64,000 bases of DNA from a virus. The notes beneath the pieces are model-generated. The model was not told the DNA's origin. It saw only the letters and a list, made by a program, of their open reading frames with translations, and made no database searches. A program made the translations under genes and the position numbers. Where the stretch lies: IMG/VR virus record IMGVR_UViG_3300005518_000002, positions 1 to 64,000 of that record. One strand, written 5' to 3'. Of the stretch, positions 1 to 7,815 are shown piece after piece. The first letter of the stretch is position 1. The number at the start of each line of letters is the position of its first letter.

Positions 1-117
1 GCCCTGCGCAGGGCGGGACACCGGGAAGCGGCCGAGACGTTCTCCCGGGAAGCCGTGGACTCCCCGTCGTACGACGCGCTGATTCAGCTCGCCATGCGCA
101 CGGTGGACGTCCGGTGA
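1..117 (+). CDS. 3' fragment of a phage hypothetical protein
   Basis: Frame 1 reads ALRRAGHREAAETFSREAVDSPSYDALIQLAMRTVDVR*; stop overlaps next GTG (GTGA). Confidence 0.55.
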   Translation, partial: ALRRAGHREAAETFSREAVDSPSYDALIQLAMRTVDVR

Positions 118-242
118 GCCCGGTCAAGCGGGCCAAGGTGTACAAGGCGGGAGAGGAGCCTCCCGAGGAGTACACCGGGGAGCTTCGGCTCCCGAAGGAC
201 AGGGCCGCGCGCAGGCGCATGATGAAGGACAGGAAGGTCTGA
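114..242 (+). CDS. small hypothetical protein
   Basis: GTG coupled to upstream stop; 42 aa with GC3-rich codons. Confidence 0.45.
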   Translation: MSPVKRAKVYKAGEEPPEEYTGELRLPKDRAARRRMMKDRKV

Positions 243-247
243 ACAAA

Positions 248-280
248 GCATCCCTCCCGCTCATGCGTCGGGAGGGATGC
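248..280. other. hairpin immediately upstream of tRNA-Phe
   Basis: GCATCCCTCCCG ... CGGGAGGGATGC inverted repeat. Confidence 0.6.
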
Positions 281-282
281 GG

Positions 283-355
283 GGGTCCCTAGCTCAGCCG
301 GAAGAGCGCCGGAGTGAAATCCCGGAGGTCACAGGTTCGATCCCTGTGGGGCCCA
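283..355 (+). tRNA. tRNA-Phe(GAA)
   Basis: Cloverleaf: acceptor GGGTCCC/GGGGCCC, D stem GCTC/GAGC, loop GTGAAAT, T arm ACAGG-TTCGATC-CCTGT; no encoded CCA. Confidence 0.9.
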
Positions 356-381
356 CGCGTACAACCGAAACGAGGAGTCAC

Positions 382-1563
382 ATGATCACCCCCAAGCAGT
401 GGCCGGACGCTCTCAAGTCCGTGCTGTGTTTCGCCGTGGCTGCCGTGCTGTTCGCGGCGGCTCCCGCGTGCGGCACGGCGCAGCGTCCGGCCGTCCACCG
501 GGACACCCTGGAGCTGTCTGTGGTCGCCGCCACGCAGCAGCAGGTGAAGCTCGATGCGCTGTCCGTCAGTCCGGCCGCCCCGCAGGAGGGCCAGCCGGTA
601 CGGGCCACGGCCCGGCTGCACGTCACCTCCGGAACCCTGACAGCGCAGAGGATCAAGATAGCCGTCCGGGACAGCGCCGGACGCAACCTGGACTTCACCG
701 GAGGGCTGACCGGCTACACGGTCACCTCCACGCCGCACAGCTTCACCACGGCCGCCCGGACCTTCGCGCCGGGGACCTACCGGTACTTCGCCAGCTACCG
801 CTACCGCGACGTCTGGCACCCCTTCCCGGCGAAGACGTTCACCGTCTCCGCCCGCCCGGTCCCGCCGGGCAGCGGTCCGCTGGGAGTCCCCGGATCGTGG
901 GCGCTGGCCCGCGCGGACGACTTCAGCGGCACATCGCTGAACACCGCGCTCTGGCGCAAGAACTGGGGCGGGGGTCCGGGCCCGATCAACTCGGCCGAGA
1001 CTGCCTGTTACGCCTCTGATCACGTCACGGTGTCCGGCGGCATGCTGAACCTCGCGCTCACCCCCGGCTCGTCCTGCGGCAAGGCGTGGACCGGCTCCGC
1101 GGTGACCACCGACCCGAGCGACGGGCGGGAATCCGGCGGCTGGCAGTCCAGCGGAACCACGGTGTTCGAGGCCCGGGTGTTCGTCCCGGCGGACAGCACC
1201 GGCAAGGTGAGCAACTGGCCTGCCTGGTGGGCGACCGGTCAGAGCTGGCCCGCCACGGGAGAGATCGACATAGCCGAGGGACTGAGTGGTCAGGTCTGTT
1301 CGTACTACCACTCCAGCTCCGCCAACGACGGCGACTGTGCACCGGGCAGCTACGCCGGAGCCTGGCACGTCTACTCCGCACAGCTCGTGCCCGGATCGAA
1401 GGTCACCTGGTACTACGACGGCCGGGTGGTCCACACGCAGACTTCCGGAGTGGCAGCCTCTCCGCTGTACCTGGTGATCGACAACACCAATGGGGACTTC
1501 GGAGGGACCAAGGAATCCAGCACCCTGAAAGTCGACTGGGTGCGCGTCTGGAAGAAGGCATAG
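382..1563 (+). CDS. secreted glycoside hydrolase family 16 protein with N-terminal Ig-like domain
   Basis: RBS GAGGAG; hydrophobic signal peptide; DDFSGTSLN..W, WPAWW, catalytic EIDIAE and VDWVRVW motifs of GH16. Confidence 0.85.
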   Translation: MITPKQWPDALKSVLCFAVAAVLFAAAPACGTAQRPAVHRDTLELSVVAATQQQVKLDALSVSPAAPQEGQPVRATARLHVTSGTLTAQRIKIAVRDSAGRNLDFTGGLTGYTVTSTPHSFTTAARTFAPGTYRYFASYRYRDVWHPFPAKTFTVSARPVPPGSGPLGVPGSWALARADDFSGTSLNTALWRKNWGGGPGPINSAETACYASDHVTVSGGMLNLALTPGSSCGKAWTGSAVTTDPSDGRESGGWQSSGTTVFEARVFVPADSTGKVSNWPAWWATGQSWPATGEIDIAEGLSGQVCSYYHSSSANDGDCAPGSYAGAWHVYSAQLVPGSKVTWYYDGRVVHTQTSGVAASPLYLVIDNTNGDFGGTKESSTLKVDWVRVWKKA

Positions 1564-1565
1564 TG

Positions 1566-1673
1566 ATGATGGAATTCGCGGTGGTCCTCATGGCCGCTGT
1601 ACTGGCAGTCACCGCAGGTTCGTTCGGCCTGTTCCGGGCGTACTTCGGGTACTGGCCCTGGAAGGGAATGTAG
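1566..1673 (+). CDS. small membrane protein
   Basis: MMEFAVVLMAAVLAVTAGSFGLF...; directly after GH16 stop. Confidence 0.55.
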   Translation: MMEFAVVLMAAVLAVTAGSFGLFRAYFGYWPWKGM

Positions 1674-1700
1674 ATCAGCGCCGGGCCACGGCCCGGTTGG

Positions 1701-1773
1701 TCCCCGGTAGCTCAGCAGGCAGAGCAGCGTCCTGTTAAGGCGTGGTGCGCTGGTTCGAATCCAGCCCGGGGAG
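1701..1773 (+). tRNA. tRNA-Asn(GTT)
   Basis: Acceptor TCCCCGG/CCGGGGA, loop CTGTTAA, T arm GCTGG-TTCGAAT-CCAGC, discriminator G. Confidence 0.93.
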
Positions 1774-1877
1774 CGAGGGGGTCAGCAGTACAGTGACGGA
1801 TCATGCGAAGCCTCCGGGCGTCCGTCGCTGACCAGAGCTGCTGACCCCCGCAACTGAACACCGAAGGAGGAAAGATC

Positions 1878-2246
1878 ATGGGAAGCCTTAAAGGACTCAA
1901 GACGGGTGACGAGGTTTACCTGGTGACCCGTTACGGGGGTCGCCGGGAGAAAGACCAGACACCCCCGACAGTCACCATTCACAAGGTCGGCCGCACGCTG
2001 GTGCACGTCCTCCTCTATCCGGAAAGGCTCGACCTCGGGACCGAAACGTACCGGATCGAAGACGGCGTTCGGAACGACAACTACGGGCACAGCTACCTGA
2101 TCACCCGGGAAGAATACGAAGCCCGGAAGATCCAAAGTGAACTGCTCGAAGAACTGCGCAAGCTCGGAGTCCGGTTCGACCACGGCCGGACTCCGGAGAG
2201 TCCCAGTGTTCTGCGCGCCATGATCGCAGCACTGGGCTGGCAGTAA
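1878..2246 (+). CDS. hypothetical protein
   Basis: RBS AAGGAGG; 122 aa ORF. Confidence 0.8.
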   Translation: MGSLKGLKTGDEVYLVTRYGGRREKDQTPPTVTIHKVGRTLVHVLLYPERLDLGTETYRIEDGVRNDNYGHSYLITREEYEARKIQSELLEELRKLGVRFDHGRTPESPSVLRAMIAALGWQ

Positions 2247-2295
2247 CACGGCATTGGATCCCCGCAGGACAACTGAAACCGAGAGAGGAAAGACC

Positions 2296-2712
2296 ATGGG
2301 AAAGATCACGCCCTACCAGCAGGTGGGGACAGACGGCCGGACGGTCCTGGAGTTCGGGCCCCGGTACAGCCGGGTACCGCAGGACGACACCACGCTCCTG
2401 AGCGTGTTCCACCGGACCACGAACGGCGGTGTCAGCTTCCTGCTGGAGCGGGACGACTTCGCTGTGCTGGCCGAGTGGTTCCGGGGCAGTGAGCCGGAGA
2501 TCGAGTTCTCCGACCTGACCCACCGGGCAACGGTGCGCCGGTACGAGAGCGGCTACGGCGTTGTCACCGTTGCCTGGCACAGTGCGTCGGGCGACTCCCG
2601 CTCGGTCGCTCTGTCGGCCGGGGACATGCGCTCCGTGGCTGCCTGGCTGGACAAGGCCGACCGGCAGGGCTGGGAGGGCTGGAAGTCCGGCCAGAGGCGG
2701 GTGAACGTATGA
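2296..2712 (+). CDS. hypothetical protein
   Basis: RBS GAGAGGA before ATG 2296. Confidence 0.75.
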   Translation: MGKITPYQQVGTDGRTVLEFGPRYSRVPQDDTTLLSVFHRTTNGGVSFLLERDDFAVLAEWFRGSEPEIEFSDLTHRATVRRYESGYGVVTVAWHSASGDSRSVALSAGDMRSVAAWLDKADRQGWEGWKSGQRRVNV

Positions 2713-2972
2713 GGATCCACACCAGGCTGGCCGTCGGTACCCGCGTCTACCACGGCGCGCAGCAGTGGGCTCGGGCACAGATCGGCGGTACCGGCGTCAT
2801 CGTTGCCGTGGCCGATCATCCCTGCTCCGACGGCAGCTGGGAGTACCAGGTGCGCACCGGCAAGGACTTCAGCCGGATGCCGGGACCGGGCAATCCGGAG
2901 ACCGACCTGCGCTGGTGGAACTCCTGCCATACCCGCAGGGCACTGACCGTGAAGGACCTGGAGCACCTGTGA
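2709..2972 (+). CDS. hypothetical protein
   Basis: ATGA overlap with upstream stop. Confidence 0.7.
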   Translation: MRIHTRLAVGTRVYHGAQQWARAQIGGTGVIVAVADHPCSDGSWEYQVRTGKDFSRMPGPGNPETDLRWWNSCHTRRALTVKDLEHL

Positions 2973-3055
2973 GAGGAGGCCGGGGGTTGTCCCCCGGCCT
3001 CCCACCTGATTTACTGAAATCGCAAGTCCAACTGAACGAACAAGGAGCAAAGATC

Positions 3056-4237
3056 ATGACCGACACTCTCCGCCGCACCGGATTCGACACCCTGCTGGCC
3101 ACGCTGGACGAGCAGCAGGAGCGCAAGGTGGACGTCGTCGTCCCCGCGACCAACCTCTGCTTCTCCGGCGGGAACCTGCGGGTCCTGCGCAGCGACCTGG
3201 AGCCGACCCTGACCGAGACCGGCGTGAAGTCCCCGGTGCAGGTGTTCCGCCCCACGGACATCTTCGACGAGGGGGTCAGCTCCCGCGTCGGCATCCCCCG
3301 GGCCTTCCTGCGCACGCTGCGCGAGAACGGATGGACCGACCTGATCGACGGCACCCTCAACGGCCTGATCTTCGGCAAGACTGTCTCCGACGGCAGCTCC
3401 CCCGAGCCCCGGGTGATCCGCGAGCCGCTGGACAAGTCGTTCATGCTCCGCGCGCTCAAGGATGCGGACGGCGGCGAGATCGGCAGCGCCCGCGCGCTCC
3501 TCAGCAACGCGTACAAGATCGTGGACCACACGGAGACGCTGCGCGCCGCGATGGCGGGCATGAAGGCCGCCGGACTCGGCCCGCAGAACATCACCTCGTG
3601 TGACCTGACCGGCCGCCGGATGTACGTCACGGTGGAGGTCCCCGAAATCCGGGTGCAGGCCGAGAGCCTGCTCAAGAACTACGTGAGCCCCTTCACGGGC
3701 AACCGCGGAGCCGAGAACCCGGTCGTCCACGCGGGCTTCGTCCTCGGCAACTCCGAGACCGGGCACGGGTCGTTCTTCCTCTACCCCCGCATCGTTGCGG
3801 AGGTCTGCACCAACGGGATGACCATCAAGAAGGACGTCGGTGCGCTGGCGCAGCGTCACCTCGGGGCCCGGCTGGACGACGGCCTGGTGGACTACTCCGA
3901 CGCCACCCGCAGGGCGAACCGTGAGCTGATCATGAGCATGGCTCGGGACACCGTCCGCACCTTCATGACCGAGGACTACCTGCACACGGTCGTGCGCAAG
4001 CTGGAGGAGAAGGCGGGCGAGCCGGTCCGCCAGCCGGAGAAGGCGATCAAGGAGGTCACTCAGAAGCTTGAGGTCTCCGCGCTGTACGACGACGTGCTGG
4101 CCCACTTCATCAAGGGCTCGGACCTCACCCGCGGCGGCATCATGCACGCGGTCACCGCAGCCGCCCAGTCCGGTGACATCGACGCCGACAAGGCGTTCAT
4201 GATGGAAGAGCGCGCCACGGCCATGCTTCTCGGCTGA
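3056..4237 (+). CDS. DUF932-family protein
   Basis: RBS AAGGAG; GFVLGNSETGHGS and VCTNGM motifs. Confidence 0.75.
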   Translation: MTDTLRRTGFDTLLATLDEQQERKVDVVVPATNLCFSGGNLRVLRSDLEPTLTETGVKSPVQVFRPTDIFDEGVSSRVGIPRAFLRTLRENGWTDLIDGTLNGLIFGKTVSDGSSPEPRVIREPLDKSFMLRALKDADGGEIGSARALLSNAYKIVDHTETLRAAMAGMKAAGLGPQNITSCDLTGRRMYVTVEVPEIRVQAESLLKNYVSPFTGNRGAENPVVHAGFVLGNSETGHGSFFLYPRIVAEVCTNGMTIKKDVGALAQRHLGARLDDGLVDYSDATRRANRELIMSMARDTVRTFMTEDYLHTVVRKLEEKAGEPVRQPEKAIKEVTQKLEVSALYDDVLAHFIKGSDLTRGGIMHAVTAAAQSGDIDADKAFMMEERATAMLLG

Positions 4238-4280
4238 GCAGCCGCCAGACGGCCGGTTACAACTCCCCCCGTGACCGGCC

Positions 4281-4329
4281 TGCCGGACCCTCCCCCGCCC
4301 CATCCCCCGGGAGGGTCCGGCACCCTTTT
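4281..4329 (+). terminator. putative intrinsic terminator or processing hairpin
   Basis: TGCCGGACCCTCCC ... GGGAGGGTCCGGCA followed by CCCTTTT. Confidence 0.55.
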
Positions 4330-4330
4330 G

Positions 4331-4421
4331 GCCTCCGTAGCTCATATGGACAGAGCGCCGGACCCCCACGTTTGACAGTGGGGGTATCCGGAGACAGCAG
4401 GTTCGAATCCTGCCGGAGGCA
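4331..4421 (+). ncRNA. tRNA-like RNA with extended anticodon arm
   Basis: Perfect acceptor (GCCTCCG/CGGAGGC), D stem and T arm (GCAGG-TTCGAAT-CCTGC); anticodon arm CCGGA-CCCCCAC-GTTTGACA-GTGGGGG-TA-TCCGG. Confidence 0.85.
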
Positions 4422-4462
4422 CGCAAGACCAGACGATCACATCCACCGATCAAGGAGTCCTC

Positions 4463-4582
4463 ATGAAGTCCAGTCTGACCCGCGCTCTCGCCCGCATCCT
4501 CGGCACGCTGGGTGATGTGTGCATCTCCTGCAAGCTCGGATCGTGCTGTGGCGGGTGCGGCTGCTGCACGAGCCGTCCCTGA
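4463..4582 (+). CDS. 39-aa cysteine-rich peptide
   Basis: RBS AAGGAG; MKSSLTRALARILGTLGDVCISCKLGSCCGGCGCCTSRP. Confidence 0.65.
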   Translation: MKSSLTRALARILGTLGDVCISCKLGSCCGGCGCCTSRP

Positions 4583-4652
4583 CCCCTCAGCATCCGGGCC
4601 CGGCCGTCGCTGGCGGCCGGGCCCTCCCGAACAACAGATCAAGGAGAACAGA

Positions 4653-5015
4653 ATGATCATCACGTACCTCACGCTGGGGATGCTGATCACCACCTCACTC
4701 CTCAACATCGTCGCCAAGGTGATGCTGGTCGGGAAGAAGCCCCCGGTCCTCGGGAACGGCGTTGCCGTGGCCTCGGTATTCCTCTCACTGTCGATGATCG
4801 CCGGGCTGGCCTTCATCGTGTCGCAGCACCGGGAGGACGCCTACGTGATCTTCTCGGTCGCTGCCCTGTGCTTCTGGACCGGGATGGAGATGGCCCGGGA
4901 CATCAGCCGGATCGGCAAGGAGACGGTGGTCCGCACCGCGCAGTCAGCCCGGCAGGCTGTACTGAGGGAAATGATCTATATCTCCCTGGCAGTCCTCGTC
5001 CTGGCCCACATCTGA
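4653..5015 (+). CDS. multi-pass membrane protein
   Basis: RBS AAGGAG; about 4 hydrophobic segments. Confidence 0.75.
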   Translation: MIITYLTLGMLITTSLLNIVAKVMLVGKKPPVLGNGVAVASVFLSLSMIAGLAFIVSQHREDAYVIFSVAALCFWTGMEMARDISRIGKETVVRTAQSARQAVLREMIYISLAVLVLAHI

Positions 5016-5030
5016 CAGGGAGAAATGACC

Positions 5031-5198
5031 ATGGCACAGCCAAGGGGTTATCAGTTCCGGCAGCGTCCCGGGGGGCGCGGTGCGGTCGTCCGCATCAGCG
5101 AGACGGGCGGGGCCAAGGTGATCGCCGTCTACAACGACCAATGGACGGCAGACCGCGTGGCAAGGCTGCTGGACGGCTTGAAAGACCAGGAGGCGTGA
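5031..5198 (+). CDS. small hypothetical protein
   Basis: RBS AGGGAG; MAQPRGYQFRQRPGG...; alternative ATG at 5025. Confidence 0.6.
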   Translation: MAQPRGYQFRQRPGGRGAVVRISETGGAKVIAVYNDQWTADRVARLLDGLKDQEA

Positions 5199-5202
5199 AG
5201 AC

Positions 5203-5439
5203 ATGACCTACGTTTTCTCCGCCCCCCGGCGGGCGGCCGACGCACAGGCGACCCTCACCCACCGGGGTGAGGGGTACCAGATTCTGGCCTGGAACCGGCG
5301 CATGGAGATCCAGGTATGCGCCTGGAAGGGCGAACGGCCGAAGGACAAGGCCGCCGCGCCGCTGCACGACTGGGCGTACCCGAAGGCTCTCGGACTCTCC
5401 GGTGCGATCGAACTGTTCTGCAAGGAGGCGTTCCGGTAA
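5203..5439 (+). CDS. hypothetical protein
   Basis: RBS AGGAGG. Confidence 0.65.
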   Translation: MTYVFSAPRRAADAQATLTHRGEGYQILAWNRRMEIQVCAWKGERPKDKAAAPLHDWAYPKALGLSGAIELFCKEAFR

Positions 5440-5807
5440 TGGCGAATCTCGTCCGGCGTCTAGATGAAGCAGAGGGAAAGATCAAGCGGGAGGAGGCGTT
5501 CTACAACCAGGGCCGTGCCTTCTGGGCGGGTACCGGCGGGGCGCGCTCGACTGGCTCACTCCCGCCGCGGTACCACGACGCAGCCCGGCGTGCGCGCTAC
5601 GTTGTCTACAGCTACCGGACCCCTATCGGCTGGGTCACCCAGGAGGGTGAGCGGGTCGTGCCGGACGTCGGGTACAGCGACACCACGTCTCAGCATCAGT
5701 ACACGGTCCTGCACGCATGGGAGATCCGCCGGTTCCCCGCCCGTGGCCGGGAAGTCCGGCGGGCAGGCGGAGGCCCCCGGCGCGGAGGTATCGACGACCA
5801 GCACTGA
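5439..5807 (+). CDS. phage hypothetical protein
   Basis: TAATG coupling, RBS AAGGAGG; YSYxTPI...YSxTTSxHQ pattern. Confidence 0.7.
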   Translation: MANLVRRLDEAEGKIKREEAFYNQGRAFWAGTGGARSTGSLPPRYHDAARRARYVVYSYRTPIGWVTQEGERVVPDVGYSDTTSQHQYTVLHAWEIRRFPARGREVRRAGGGPRRGGIDDQH

Positions 5808-5813
5808 CGCACC

Positions 5814-5848
5814 CGAAAGGGCCCTCCGGAATCCGGAGGGCCTTTTCG
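5814..5848. terminator. intrinsic (possibly bidirectional) terminator
   Basis: CGAAAGGGCCCTCCGGA-A-TCCGGAGGGCCTTTTCG. Confidence 0.8.
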
Positions 5849-5919
5849 TATTTAGGGGGTTCCGGCTTGACATTTCAGACGGATAGTTAAAGCAAGAACG
5901 AACATGGAAGGAGCCGCAC

Positions 5920-6330
5920 ATGCCTCCAGCCGAGCTGTCCTGGGCCGCTACGGAGGTCCGCTGGCAGGACGAAGCCGAGTGCAGGAACCACCCCGGTATT
6001 GACCTCTGCCCCGACCGGGAGACAGCAAAGGAGCGGGACGAGATTGCCGGGCTCCTGTGCAATCACTGCCCGGTCCGTGAGCAGTGCCTCATGTACGCAC
6101 TGATGAACCGGGCGGAGGGCTACTGGGGAGGAACGGACACCGCGCAGCGCCGCAAGCTGAGCGCGAAGAAGGACCGGGCCAAGTGCCCCGTCTGTTCGAG
6201 CAAGAACCTGGTCAGAACCAGCATCCACGAACTGTGCCTCTCCTGCGGCCTGTCGTGGACCAGGGCCAGCCGACCGGCACTGGGGCTGGTCCGTGAGCTG
6301 GATCCGGCTGCCATGGAAAGGTACGTGTAG
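5920..6330 (+). CDS. whiB: WhiB-family transcription factor with C-terminal zinc ribbon
   Basis: W..EAEC, CNHCPVREQCL, GYWGG WhiB signature; extra CPVC...CLSC. Confidence 0.85.
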   Translation: MPPAELSWAATEVRWQDEAECRNHPGIDLCPDRETAKERDEIAGLLCNHCPVREQCLMYALMNRAEGYWGGTDTAQRRKLSAKKDRAKCPVCSSKNLVRTSIHELCLSCGLSWTRASRPALGLVRELDPAAMERYV

Positions 6331-6332
6331 TC

Positions 6333-6560
6333 ATGACGATGACCCCCGGCGAACTGCTGGAGCATGCGGAAAGGCTCCAGGCAGACATCGACGTGAAGCG
6401 TCACCAGATTCTCAGCAGCGGCTGCACGGCCTCGCGCCGTGCAGCTCTCCTGTATCAGATCAACGCCATGTCCGACCGCGTTGACGAGATCCGCGCATTG
6501 TGTGCCTCTCAGGCCGCGCCGGTCCCTGCTGAGATCATCCCTGTCCCTGCAACCATCTGA
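6333..6560 (+). CDS. hypothetical protein
   Basis: Follows WhiB; 3' end overlaps convergent GT gene. Confidence 0.55.
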   Translation: MTMTPGELLEHAERLQADIDVKRHQILSSGCTASRRAALLYQINAMSDRVDEIRALCASQAAPVPAEIIPVPATI

Positions 6561-7603
6561 ACGCGTAGCGCCTGCTCCCAGACTTCGAGCCAGCGCCACG
6601 CCTGCCGCTCGATGCGGAGGTCATCCACCGCCGCGCGACCGGCAGCCGACAGTTCCTCGCGTGCCTGTGCACTTTCGTGGAGCCTCTTGAGCTCCCGGTA
6701 CCAGGCACGCGGGCGGTCCGCGAGGATCCCCGTCCCCATCCGGTGCAGCCGCTCGTACTCGGCCCGCGGGGACGCCACCCACGGAACTCCCAGCGCGGAC
6801 ATCTCAAGGGGTTTCAGCCAGCTTTTGGACCGGTTGAACTCCGTGTCCGCGAGGGGCGCGATCCCCACCCCGATCTTCGCCACTTCCAGGGGCCATTCGT
6901 GCGGGGAGCACGAAGCTCCTGGAGGGTCCTGTGAGAGCCCGAAAGCGATGCCTGCACCCGTGGGGTCGGAGACGACGCGGAAGTCCGCTCCTGCACTGCA
7001 CAGCCGCGACACGGCCCCACCTACGGGTGTCGGGTCGTCCGGGTGCGACTGGATCGCGGCGGGCCAGCCGAGGATGTTACTGTCCTGACGCTCCACCCCG
7101 AAGTAGATCTCCGGCAGGTAGTTGTAGAGCACGGCTCCGCGCCCGTGCTTGGCGTAGACGTTCAGCAGCTGCGGAGTGCTCACCGTGACCAGGCTCGCGT
7201 TGCGGCAGGCGGTCACGAGGTTCGCCCAGCTGTGGCGTCGCGGCCGTCCGTTCTCCACCTTCATCTCGTTGCGCGGGTGCATGGCCTCGAAGGCGGGGTT
7301 GCGGGGATGGATGCGTCCCAGGTCGTCGTCGATGTCCACCACGACGGTGTAGCCGCGCTCCCGCAGGATCCCGAGGCCCTGCGCCAGCCAGCGGTGCGTC
7401 ACCCGCTGGAACACGATCACGTCCGCCTCGGGAGGGTCGACCACGTCGACAACCGTCTCCCCCTGCATCTTGAACTTGAGCTGCCGCTCCCGGCTGTCAA
7501 TGATCGTGACGTCGTGGCCCTGGCGCTGGAGCGCTTCGGCGGGCCAGATCATCCGGAAGTGACCGCACCCGCCCTGGTCCGCAGGGTAGAGGAGAATCTT
7601 CAC
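6509..7603 (-). CDS. glycosyltransferase, GT-B fold (GT4-like)
   Basis: GCGHFR..P, VIVFQR, VVDIDDDL, IGIAPL.DT.FN.SKS.LK.LE..ALGVP.VAS. Confidence 0.85.
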   Translation of the reverse strand: MKILLYPADQGGCGHFRMIWPAEALQRQGHDVTIIDSRERQLKFKMQGETVVDVVDPPEADVIVFQRVTHRWLAQGLGILRERGYTVVVDIDDDLGRIHPRNPAFEAMHPRNEMKVENGRPRRHSWANLVTACRNASLVTVSTPQLLNVYAKHGRGAVLYNYLPEIYFGVERQDSNILGWPAAIQSHPDDPTPVGGAVSRLCSAGADFRVVSDPTGAGIAFGLSQDPPGASCSPHEWPLEVAKIGVGIAPLADTEFNRSKSWLKPLEMSALGVPWVASPRAEYERLHRMGTGILADRPRAWYRELKRLHESAQAREELSAAGRAAVDDLRIERQAWRWLEVWEQALRVQMVAGTGMISAGTGAA

Positions 7604-7806
7604 TTATGGGCCGTCCCGGTCGCTTCCGCGGCGGCAGCCTTGGCCTCCCGGGCAGCGCGGGCGGGGGCCGTCTTGGCTGCGTTCTCCAGCTTGGCCACCT
7701 TGGCTTCCAGCTCTTCCACCCGCTTCTCCAGTCCGCCCGTGGCAACCTCCACCAGGTTCTCCACGCTGGAACGGACCTGCTCCAGGATCTTCTGTTCGAG
7801 CGACAT
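7600..7806 (-). CDS. small coiled-coil protein
   Basis: RBS GAGGAG; LEKRVEELEAKVAKLE. Confidence 0.7.
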   Translation of the reverse strand: MSLEQKILEQVRSSVENLVEVATGGLEKRVEELEAKVAKLENAAKTAPARAAREAKAAAAEATGTAHK

Positions 7807-7815
7807 GATCTCTCC

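Noticed and set aside
277-381. N-terminal extension of the GH16 ORF
   Set aside because: Overlaps tRNA-Phe; RBS and signal peptide support ATG 382
4363-4386. Group I or canonical tRNA intron
   Set aside because: Far too short for self-splicing; removal at 37/38 would leave C33 rather than U33, and there is no clear bulge-helix-bulge
5867-5893. sigma70-type promoter for whiB
   Set aside because: TTGACA is present but there is no convincing -10 at 16-18 nt
6509-6560. 52-nt convergent gene overlap as a regulatory device
   Set aside because: Short tail-to-tail overlaps are common in phages
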